Source: Squalus acanthias (lineage: Eukaryota). Taken from it: a stretch of DNA of 64,000 nt. Location: the NCBI GenBank assembly GCA_030390025.1, contig JASTWF010000033.1, positions 2,606,001-2,670,000 of the forward strand, read 5' to 3'. How positions within the stretch are numbered: the stretch's first letter is position 1; each line of letters begins with the position of its first letter. This document shows, piece by piece, positions 24,120-34,539 of this stretch. The position numbers and the translations under genes are program-made. The notes beneath the pieces were generated by a model. That model saw nothing but the letters and a program-made list of their open reading frames with translations. It was not told the origin of the DNA and ran no database searches.

Positions 24120-25671
24120 ACATAGATACATAGAAGATAGAAGCAGGAGTAGGCCATCCGGCCCTTCGAGCCTGCTCCGCCATTTAATGAGATCATGGCT
24201 GATCCTCCAATTCAGTATCCCGTCCCCGCCTTCTCTCCGTAACCCTTAACCCCTTTTGCCTGTAGAAATATATCTAATTCCCTCTTAAATATATTTAATG
24301 AGCTGGCGTACACTGCCCTCTGTGGCAATGAGTTCCACAGGTTCACCACCCTCTGAGTGAAGAAATTCCCCCTCATTTCTGTCCTAAATGGTTTAGCCCT
24401 TATCCTTAAATTATGTCCTCTAGTTCTGTTCTCACCCGCCAAGGGAAACATTCCTTCTGCATCTAGTCTGTCTAGACCTGTCAGAATTTTATACACTTCT
24501 ATGAGGTCCCCTCTCAATCTTCTAAACTCCAGTGTGTACATCCCTAAACTACATAGTCTCTCCTCATAGGTCAATCCCGCCATTCCTGGTATCAGCCTGG
24601 TGAATCGCCGCTGCACCCCCTCCATGGCAAGAACATCTTTCCTCAGATGAGGCGACCAAAACTGTACACAGTACTCGAGGTGTGGTCTCACCAGTGCCCT
24701 GTACAGCTGCAGCAAGGTATCCCTGTTCCTGTATTCCAACCCTTTTGCTATGAAGGCCAGCATACCGTTTGCCTTCTTGATCGCCTGTTGCACCTGCATG
24801 CTCGCCTTCAGTGACTGGTGTACAAGAACACCCAGGTCTCTCTGTACTTCCCCCTCTCCCAATTTATTGCCATTTAAATAATAATTTGCCCTCCCGTTCC
24901 TGCACCCAAGGTGGATAACTTCGCACTTGTCCACATTATAGTGCATCTGCCATTTATCCGCCCAATCACCCAGTCTGTCCAAATCGCTCTGGAGCTTCCT
25001 GGTCTCCTCCTCTGAGCCCACCCCCCCTCCTAGTTTAGTGTCGTCTGCAAATTTGGAAATGCTGCATCCGACTCCCTGATCCAGGTCATTAATGTAAATT
25101 GTGAACAGCTGGGGACCCAGGACAGATCCCTGTGGTACCCCACTTGTTACTGCCTGCCATTCAGAAAATGAGCCGTTTATTCCAACTCTCTGTTTTCTAT
25201 CTGACAGCCAGTTCTCTATCCACGTCAATACTTTCCCCTTTATCCCATGAGCTTCAATTTTCCCTGCTAATCTTTTATGTGGGACCTTATCGAAGGCCTT
25301 TTGGAAGTCCAGGTACACCACATCTACTGGCTCTCCCCCATCTATTTTACCAGTTACTCCCTCAAAAAATTCCAATAGATTAGTCAAGCACGATTTACCC
25401 TTTGTAAATCCATGTTGACTCTGTCCTATCCTGTCCCCATTTGCTAAGTGCTCCGCTATTTCATCCTTAATGATGGACTCCAGCATTTTGCCCACAACTG
25501 ATGTAAGGCTTACAGGTCTGTAATTACCTGCTTTTTCCCTACCCCCCTTTTTGAATAGTGGGGTAACGTTAGCTACCCTCCAATCCATGGGCACTGTTCC
25601 CGAGTCTAATGAATTCTGAAAAATCATACTTAGTGCATCCGCTATCTCTAGGGCCACCTCCTTCAGCACCC
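24120..25671 (-). mobile_element. Young 5'-truncated CR1 with an uninterrupted 485-aa RT ORF (24212-25669)
   Basis: YRPVSLTS, QHGF, YLDFQKAFD, GVPQGSVLGP and FADD through to the natural stop with no frameshift; inserted at the ORF1 end of the host CR1. Confidence 0.95.
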
Positions 25672-28143
25672 TTAAAATAACTTGGCAGGAGGATGGGATA
25701 TGGAGTGGAGCTATAGTAGGGGTTGATGCACAGCCAACTATAGAGGAAAAAACAAGTCAGCCTGAAAGGCAGAGCAAATATGTAACGGCACAAGGGAGTA
25801 TGGCAAGGCTGATGGCATTTATTTTAATGCAAGAATTCTTGCGAGTAAGGCAGATGAATTGAAGGTGTTTCTGAACACATGGGAGTATGATATTGTTGCT
25901 ATCACAGAGACATGGTTGAGGGTGGGGCAGTACTGGCAGCTCAATAGTCCGGGGAATAGAATCTTCAGGCGAGACAGATGGGGGTATAAAAGAGGCGGTG
26001 GTGTCGCAATATTAATCAAGGAGTCAATTACTGCTATGAGGAGGGATGATATCTTAGCAGGCTCCTCTAATGAGGCCGTATGGGTAGAACTTAAAAACAA
26101 AAAGGGGGCAAGCACTTTGCTGGTAGTGTACTATAGGCCCCCAAACAATCAGGGGGAGATAGAGGAACAGTATGTAGGCAAATCTCAGAGAAGTTTCGAA
26201 ATAATAGGGTAATAATAGTAGGGGATTTCAACTTCCCCACTATTAACTTGGATAGTCAGAGTGTGAAAGGCTTGGAGGGTGCAGAATTCTTAAAGTGCAT
26301 CCAGGAGACCTTTTTGAGCCAGCATGCAGAAAGTCCTACAAGGGAGGGGGCGGTACTGGACCTAATTCTAGTGTATGTAGACGGGCAAGTGGTAGAAGTG
26401 TTAGTAGGAGAGCATTTTCTTGACAGTGACCATAATTCGGTGAGATTTAAGGTAGTCATGGAAAAGGACAAAGATGGAACGGAAATAATCGTTCTAAATT
26501 GGGGGAAGGCCGATTTTAATATGATAAGGCAGGATCTGGCCAAAGTGAACTGGGATCAGCTACTTGAGGGAAAATCCACATCAGTGCAGTGGGAGTCTTT
26601 CAGAAAGGAAATAGATAGATTACAACGGCAACATGTTCCCGTAAATGTCAAGGGTGGGACCAACAAGCGCAGGGAACCATGGAAGTCAAGGGATATACGA
26701 GAATGGAGTAGGAAAAAATGTGAGGCTTTTGGCAGATACAAAGGACTAAAAACAGTGGAAGCCTTAGAGGAGTATAGAAAGTGCAGGGGGCTATATAAAA
26801 AAGAAATTAGGAGAGCGAAGGGGGGCATGAAATAACACTGGTGGGCAAAATAAAGGAAAATCCCAAGGTGTTTTATAAGTATTTTAAGGGCAAGAGGATA
26901 ACCAGGGAAAGAGTAGGGCTCATTAGGGACCAAAGTGGCAATCTGTGTTTGGAGCCTAAAATATGTAGGTGGGGTTTTAAATGTATATTTTGCATCTGTG
27001 ATCACTATGGAGAAGGACGAGGTAGGCATATAAATTAGACAGGGGGATTGTGATATACTTCAACAAATTAGTATTGAGAGGGAGGAGGTACTAGGGGTTT
27101 TAGCGGGCTTAAAAGTGGATAAATCCCCAGGCCCAGACGAGATGTGTCCCAGGCTGCTGTATGAGGCAAGGGAGGAGATTCTAAGGGATCTGACACAAAT
27201 TTTCAGAACCTCTCTGGCCACAGGGGATGTGCCAGAGGACTGGAGAACAGCTAACGTAGTACCATTATTCAAGAAGTGTAGTAGGGATAAACCAGGGAAT
27301 TATAGGCCAGTGAGCCTAACATCAGTGGCAGGGAAATTATTGGAAAGAATTCTGAGGGACAGAATTAGTCTCCACTTGGAGAGGCAAGGATTAATCAAGG
27401 ATAGTCAGCATGGCTTTGTCAGGGGGAGATCATGTCTGACCAATTTGATTGAATTTTTCGAGGGGGTGACTAGGTGTGTGGATGAGGGTAGTGCAGTTGA
27501 TGTGGTCTACATGGACTTCAGTAAGGGTTTTGATAAATCCTGCATGGGAGACTGGTCAAGACGATAAGGGCCCATGGGAGCCAGGGCAACTTGGCACATT
27601 GGATCCAAAATTGGCTTAGTGGCAGGAGGCAGAGGGTGATGGTCGAAGGTTGTTTTTGTGACTGGAAGCCTGTGTCCAGTGGTGTATCGCAGGGATCGGT
27701 GCTAGGTCCTTTGCTGTTTGTAGTGTACATTAATGATTTAGATATGAATGTAGGAGGTATGATCAGTAAGTTCGCAGATGCCACGAAAATTGGTGGGGTG
27801 GTAAATAGCGAGGAGGGAAGCCTCAGGCTACAGGAAGATATAGACGGGTTGGTCAGATGGGCAGAACAGTGGCAAATTAAATTTAACCCTGAAAAATGTG
27901 AGGTGATGCATTTTGGGAGGACTAACAAGGCAAGGGAATGCACAATGAATGGTAGGACCCTAGGAAGGACAGAGGATCAGAGGGACCTTGGTGTGCATGT
28001 ACATAGACCCCTGAAGGCAGCAGGACAGTTGATAAGCTGTTTAAAAAGACATATGGGATACTTGCCTTCATTAGCCGAGGCATAGAATATAAGATTGAGA
28101 GGTCGCACAACACCAGGTTATAGTCCAACAGTTTTATTTGAAA

Positions 28144-28186
28144 TCACAAGCTTTCGGAGCTATCGATTTGCTCCTTCCTCAGGTGA
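28144..28186 (-). ncRNA. Minimal hammerhead ribozyme, intact core
   Basis: TCAC-CTGAGGA-A-GGAGC-aaatcgata-GCTCC-GAAA-G-C-TT-GTGA on the minus strand. Confidence 0.8.
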
Positions 28187-28419
28187 AGTAAATTAGATAC
28201 AGAATCGCCAAAGCATATATAGATAGAAAACAAAGCATGTGTACTTTACAATTGCAGACCAATAAATTAAATCATCCTGACTATCTGCCGAGGTGTGATA
28301 AAGTTTATCACACCTCGGCAGATAGTCAGGATGATTTAATTTATTGGTCTGCAATTGTAAAGTACACATGCTTTGTTTTCTATCTATATATGCTTTGGCG
28401 ATTCTGTATCTAATTTACT

Positions 28420-28462
28420 TCACTTGAGGAAGGAGCAAATCGATAGCTCCGAAAGCTTGTGA
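28420..28462 (+). ncRNA. Hammerhead ribozyme copy with mutated core (CUGA>UUGA)
   Basis: TCAC-TTGAGGA-A-GGAGC-aaatcgata-GCTCC-GAAA-G-C-TT-GTGA. Confidence 0.75.
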
Positions 28463-29166
28463 TTTCAAATAAAACTGTTGGACTATAACCTGGTGTTGTG
28501 CGACCTCTCAATTTTGCCCACCCCAGTCCAACACCGGCATCTCCGCATCATAGAATATAAGAGCAGGGAGGTTATGATGGAGCTGTACAAAACTCTAGTT
28601 AGGCCACAGCTGGAATATTGTGTGCAGTTCTGGTCGCCACACTCTCGGAAGGATATGATTGCATTGGAGAGGATGCAGAGGAGATTCAACAGGATGTTAC
28701 CTGTGCTGGAGCGCTTCAGCTATGAAGAGAGACTGGACAGGCTGGGGTTGTTTTCCTTGGAGCAGAGAAGGCTGAGTTTGGACCTGATTGAGGTGTACAA
28801 AATTATGGGGGGCGTAGATAGGCTAGATAGAAATGAACGTTTCCCCTTAGTAGAGGGGTCAATAACAAGGGGGCATAGTTTCAAGTTAAGGGGCAGGAGG
28901 TTTAAAGGGGATTCGAGGAAAAGCTTTTTCACCCAGAGGGTGGTTGGAATCTGGAACTCACTGCCTGAAAGGGAGGTAGAGGCAGGAAACCTCACAACAT
29001 TCAAGAAGCATTTAGATGAGCACTTGAAAAGCCACAGCATACAAGGCTACGGAACAAGTGCTGGAAAATGGGGTTAGAATAGACAGGGCTTGATGGCCGG
29101 CGCGGACACGATGGGCCGAAGGTTCTCTTTCTGTGCTGTATAACTCTATGACTCTATGACTCTATG

Positions 29167-29818
29167 TCCTAACTCGCACCAAGTCCTGTTCACCCATCTC
29201 CCCTGTGCTCACTGACCTACATTGTCTCCCAGTTAAGCAACACCTCGATTTTAAAATTCTCATCCTTGTTTTCATATCCATCCACGGCCTCGACCCTCCC
29301 TATCTCTGTAATCTTCTCCAGCCCTATAATCCCCCGAGATATCTGTGCTCTGCCAAATCTGGTCCCTTTAACAGCCCTGATTTTAATTGCTCCACGATTG
29401 TCGACCGTGCCTTCAGCGGCCTAGCCCCTAAGCTCAGGAATTCCCTCCCTAAACTTCTCCGCCTCGCTACCTCTCTTTTCTCTTTTAAGGTGCTCCTTAA
29501 AACCTGCCTCTTTGACAAAGCTTTTGGCCATATGCACTAACATCTCCTCATATTCGTTAAAAAGTACTTGGATATGCTCATGAAGTGCCGTAAGCTACAA
29601 GGCTACGGACCAAGTGCTGGAAAGTGGGAGTAGGGTGGATAGCTCTTTGTCGACCGGCACGGACAAGATGGGCCGAATGGCTTCCTTCTGTGCTGTAAAT
29701 TTCTATGATTCCATGATTATATGGCTAGGTATCAAATTTTGTATTTTATTAATGCTCCTGTGAAGCGCCTTGTGATGATTTATTACGTTAAAGGCACCAT
29801 ATAAATGTAAGTTGTTGT
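29167..29818 (+). mobile_element. L2 3' end, interrupted by a CR1 3' fragment (~29555-29720)
   Basis: ORF 29205-29540 (LHCLPVKQHLDFKILILVF...RAFSGLAPKLRNSLP); tail tacgttaaaggcaccatataaatgtaagttgttg. Confidence 0.75.
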
Positions 29819-30087
29819 GATATTGTGATTGTCCCAACACAGTCTAGGTAGAAATCCTACAATCATCATGCAGGGGAGATTTCTTTTTGAAACTCTAAGT
29901 TCTAGAGGTGATAGTGCAGTGTTCTAACCCATCAGACCACCTCATCCCTCATGACATGCGACACCCAGCAAAGAATGGAAGTGTTGATCACAAGCCAGGT
30001 TCACCAAGAGAGCGCGGACTGTTGGCTGAAACATCGAACTAGAATTTCCTATCCAGCCATGATTGTTCCTAACTACTCATCCAACAG

Positions 30088-30187
30088 GTATCAAGGATAA
30101 AGTCCAGTCCTTTTCCTGTGGTGGGAGCTTAGCAAACTGGGAAGAAGGCGGTGATCCATGGAAGGAGCATTCCAAATGGTTTCCAGA
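30088..30187 (+). CDS. NAIP: NAIP-like gene, second coding exon (second half of BIR2)
   Basis: Acceptor cag 30085-30087, donor GTAAGT 30188; 100 nt, phase 1 to phase 2, in frame with 18988. Encodes (G)[32 protein letters not shown], vs recalled human NAIP [33 protein letters not shown]. Confidence 0.88.
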
Positions 30188-30380
30188 GTAAGTTAAGTCT
30201 GCATATTTGGCAGGGTGATGGAGGAGAGCAATAATGGTCCACTTCCCTGGAGCAAGGCATCATCCCATAGAACAGCAGGATTTGACCGATGTAGATATTG
30301 GCAGGGATTGAGTACTTCCACATATGTGCACACCATCCTGGCCTCGCATGCACCTCGAAACAGGAGCGTCTGGAGCCTAG

Positions 30381-30955
30381 TTCTCTGAACTCCAGTGTGT
30401 TGGTGTTGTGCGTTCTCTGAACTCCAGTGTGTCAGCACTGTGCGTTCGCTGAAATAAGCAGTGTTAGCGCTGTACATTCTCTGAACTCCAGTGTGTTAGC
30501 GCTGTGCGTTCTCTGAACTCGGTCGTGTTAGTGTTGTGCGTTCTCTGAAATAAGTAGTGTTAGTGTTGTGCATTCTCTGAACTCCAGTGTGTTAGAGCTG
30601 TGCATTCTCTGGACTCCAGTGTGTTGGCGCGGCGCGTTCTCTGAAATAAGTAGTGTTAGCGCTGTGCATTCTCTGAACTCCAGTGTGTTGGTGCTGTGCA
30701 TTCTCTGAACTGCAGTGTGTTGGTGCTGTGCGCTTTCTGAAATAAGTAGTATTAGCGCTGTGCATTCTCTGAACTCCAGTGTGTTAGTGCTGTGCATTCC
30801 CTGAACTCCAGTGTGTTAGCGCTGTGCGTTCTCTGAAATAAGTAGTGTTAGCGCTGTGCGTTCGCTGAAATAAGCAGTGTTAGCGCTGTGCGTTCTCTTG
30901 AAATCAGTGGTGTTAGCACTGTGGGTTCTCTGAACTCCAGAGTGCAGCGCTGTGT
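30381..30955. repeat. 32-bp minisatellite with 96-bp higher-order period
   Basis: Units ttctctgaactccagtgtgttagcgctgtgca and ttctctgaaataagtagtgttagcgctgtgcg; 32-aa repeat in ORF 30528-30797. Confidence 0.9.
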
Positions 30956-31150
30956 GTGGCGTCTGACTTCCGTTCATGTCTCTTCTTCCTCTGTTGAATA
31001 AGAAAGGAGGGGCTGACATTGACCAGACTGCACTGAGCCTGATATTTGTGAGCTGATCCTTTGTATTGAGTGATGCTGTTTAAGGTGAACCATTCAGCAC
31101 AGAGGGAGTTCACTGGTCAGTTCCCCTCTGGTAAAGTTGTGTACACAGCG

Positions 31151-31223
31151 GTTCCCGTAGTGTAGTGGTTATCACGTTCGCTTTGCACACGAAAGGTCTC
31201 CCGTTCGAACCCCGGCGGGGACG
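31151..31223 (+). pseudogene. tRNA-Val-body gene with TGC anticodon, likely pseudogene
   Basis: GTTCCCGTAGTGTAGTGGTTATCACGTTCGCTTTGCACACGAAAGGTCTCCCGTTCGAACCCCGGCGGGGACG; T-stem mismatches; a MITE begins 5 bp downstream. Confidence 0.8.
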
Positions 31224-31227
31224 TTAT

Positions 31228-33143
31228 GGGCTAGAAATTCGGTTTTCCGGCTTCCTGTGGGTGCAAACATCGCGCGCGTACTTACCTACCGCGCCTGCCG
31301 TTGTGTTTTGGGCCCACGAGAACTTTGGATCCTGGGCATCCTCCAGCTGCCGCCGCTCAGTGCTTGCGTGTCCCAGGGGCGCAGTTAGTTCAAGCGTCCC
31401 CTGGGATCACGTGGGTCATGGAGAGGCAATCGCAGCAGGGCATTTTCATTCAAAGATTTGACAGGAAGTCCTGTCAAATCTATGAATTGAAATCGGCTCC
31501 AAAACCACAATTCAACTTCAAATAATTTGTTTTTTAAATCACATTTTTTAAATAACTATAAGTTAAATAAATTAACTACTTTAAACAAAAATTAAAATTT
31601 TTGAAAAACTTAATTATACTTTTTAACTGTGCTAAAAATAAACTTAGCTTTCTTTAAGGTATCTAAAAAAGATAAACGTGTTGAAAAATGTTTTTAAATA
31701 TAATTAATTGTAAGGAGTATCTTAAGTGGGGTCAGCCTTCGCTTTCTGACACAGTGAGCTGTTCGAATCACTCCAACACCCCTCCGGTTCCTAGACTTTG
31801 GGCTTACTTAGGGGTTGTGAACAAAATTGCAGTAAACAGGTTCTGATGAAAGAAATTTACTTTATTAAAAGAAAAAAGGTACCAAACTTGAAACACACTT
31901 ATTAATTAAACACAGATTTGGGGAACACACGGTACAAGCGAGGGAAATGACAATATATCAAACAAAACCTTATCCCTCCCAAAGATCCCACTATCTGGCT
32001 AGGTTTTTGGTTTCAGGAGATCAGGGATAATGCTCACCAACAAATCCTTGACAGGATATTAGAGTCTTTTTGTTTAAAAGGATTCCGGAAGGCCCTTATG
32101 GTTTCTTCTTGCGTGCTGGTCTTCTTCCTCGTGGCTTGTGGTAAGTTTTGCTGGAGCAGGGAGAGAGCTGTGTTCGCGTCGTCAGTCAGTCCGAAAGAGA
32201 GAGAGATTATGGCACAGGCTTTCAAATTATACTGTTTCTTTTTCGCGCTCAAAAACCCCTTCCTAAAACGAATTCCTTTTTGAATGTAAATGACCCTTGC
32301 TTCGTCCAATTGTCTAGTTTTTGGCGGGCTTGCCAGTTCCGTTGGTTTTTGCTTAGTGTTAATCGCTTTCCGATTTAAAACACGGCCTTATCTACGCGCC
32401 AAACTTCACCCTATTGTCCTTCTGTTGGCGGGCTTTTAAATCTGTTCTCTGGATACCTGGTGGATTGTTTTTTTGGATGGGATAATGGCTTTGAAAATGT
32501 GTGATGGAAGTTATATTGTCATTGAATCATTTTTAGATTACCAGCATCTTGTTTGCCCCTGGGAATCCATATTTGAATGTGTTTGTGAGTTTTGCATTGT
32601 CTCAAACAATTCCCAGACAGCTTGATCTGTTCACTGACCGGCCACGCACCTCGCAGCTTGTGTCTGTGAAAAAAATGTCTCTCCCAACAATAAGATTAAT
32701 AAAAATCAGTTTCCTCAGGTTTTCTTCTTGTGATCTTTAGGTTTTTACATGAAATCACTTCACTTAGGCCCCATCATCCCAAGTTTGTATGTAAAGTCCA
32801 AAAATCACTCCCTTTAGGGCTCTGTTCGAGTTTCTGGGGGATTTTGCGAAGCCTGCATAATTAACCATTTACCTTGTTAAAAACGGGTATTGCGCCTCCT
32901 TTTTAAAAGCTCAGCTCCTTCCATACTTACCTACCTGGAGAAACCTGGAAAAAAACTGAAGTTCGCTGCGTGCGCGCAGCCTCTCCCGCGCACGCGGTTC
33001 AACTCTGACCCCCCTCCTTTCACGAGAACGGAAGTTCCGGTTTCCCGCGCATGCGCACTGCATGCATGAAACCGGCACTTCAAGTGGCCTTACGGTTGAG
33101 TACACAGCGGGTACTGACCCGACAAGCACCGAATTTCTGGGCC
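31228..33143 (+). mobile_element. Harbinger-like MITE copy A (~760 bp after removing the nested LTR)
   Basis: TIRs GGGCTAGAAATTCGGT ... ACCGAATTTCTGGGCC; flanks tat/aat; GC-rich subterminal regions and an AT-rich core shared with copies B and C. Confidence 0.75.
31708..32857 (-). mobile_element. Solo LTR (1150 bp) nested in MITE A
   Basis: TG...CA ends; TSD TAAT (31704-31707, 32858-32861); the empty site is visible in MITE copies B and C; minus-strand AATAAA at 31861-31866. Confidence 0.8.
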
Positions 33144-33481
33144 AATATCTTTCTAACTCTCATTGTAATCAGCCTGGAGTGTGTGACTGCAGAGTAGCAG
33201 AACCGCAGCAGTTGAAGCAGGCGGGCCAGTTAATGTGTGCTCTGGGATAACATACTTTTGGGTTTAATTGTGATAGATCTAAAGTTGATGCCTGGTGGCT
33301 GCACAATGAAGTCACTCAGTCTTGTGTAACTGACCCCGCTCATTACTTACTGCAGGAGTTTCCCCAGCTGCTCTGTACAATGTGTAACTTGCCCAGTGAC
33401 CTGCTATCTTCTGTGATACATCAGAATGCACTCCTACCCCATCGGCTGTGTTCTTAACAGAACCTGGTCCCGCAGCACCAG

Positions 33482-34384
33482 ATGTTCGCTGATGAAGGCA
33501 CAGCGTTCAGTGCCATTCACAACTCCTCAGATAAGGAAGCAATCCATGCCCGCATGCAACAAGACCTGGACGCCGTTCATGCTTGGACTGATAAGTGGCA
33601 GGTATCATTCACGCCACAGAAGTGCCAGGCAATGACTATCTCCAACAAACGAGAGCCTATCCACATCCCCATGACATTCAACGGTATTAACACCGCCTAA
33701 TCACCCACAATCAAAATGCTGGTCACCATTGACCAGAAACTTAAGTGTACCAGCCACATAAATACGTTGGCAACAAGAGCAGGTCAGAGGCTAGGTATTC
33801 TGCGGCAAGTGTCTCACCACCTGACACCCCAAATCCTATCCACCATCTGCAAGGCACAAGTAAGGTGTGATGGAATACTGTCCACTTGCCTGGATGAGTG
33901 CAGCTCCAACAACACTCAAGAAGCTCGACACCATCCAGGACAAAGCAACCCGCTTAATTAGCACCCCATCCACCAACTTAAACATTCATTCCCTCCACCA
34001 CCGGCGTACCGTGGCTGCAGTGTGTACCATCTACAAGATGTACAGTAGCAACTCGCCAAAGATCCTTCGGCAGCACCACGCAAACTTGCGACCTCTACCA
34101 CCTAGTTGGACAAAGGCAACAGGCGCATGGGAACAGCACGACCTCCAAGATTCCCTCCAAGTCACACACCATCCTGACTTAGAAGTATTTCACCGTTCCT
34201 TCATTGTCGCTGGCTCAAAATCCTCGAACTCACTCCTTAACAGCACTGTGGGAGTGCCTTCACCACACGGACTGCAGTGGTTCAAGAAGGCGGCTCACGA
34301 CGACCGTCTCAAGAGCAAACCGGGATGGGCAATAAATGCTGGCCTTGCCAACGATGCCCACATCCCGTAAACGAATAATAAAAA
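33482..34384 (+). mobile_element. LINE family 2 3' portion
   Basis: MFADE, WTDKWQVSFTPQKCQ, KAQVR and MEYCPLAW; family tail at ~34325-34384. Confidence 0.8.
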
Positions 34385-34539
34385 CTACAAGCAAAACCCT
34401 CTCAAGCTGCAATAAAACCCAGAAAAATACTGGCAACACACCACAGTTCAGAAAAAATAAAGATTATCGTTTCGGGTGCGAACAACCATCTTCCTAAGTG
34501 AAACATAGAGACAGAGACAGATCAATTAATTCATATATA

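Larger units (their letters stand above)
28094..28548. mobile_element. Palindromic Penelope-type terminal-repeat insertion: 209-bp arms, 1-nt centre, 36-nt unpaired tail
   Basis: 28094-28302 is the reverse complement of 28304-28512 with a single mismatch (28182/28424). Duplicated target catagaatataag(a) at 28081-28094 and 28549-28562 within the CR1 RT. Confidence 0.9.
22875..29166 (+). mobile_element. Near full-length CR1 LINE (5'UTR, ORF1 zinc-finger/SGNH esterase, ORF2 APE-RT), degraded, with two insertions
   Basis: ORF1 from ATG 23171 (MAGQLGSVECSSCAM; AIVIG-SIVR; VHIGTND); endonuclease (AITETWL, YRPP, SDHN) at 25860-26500; RT at 27115-29077; (gactctat)n tail. Confidence 0.9.
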
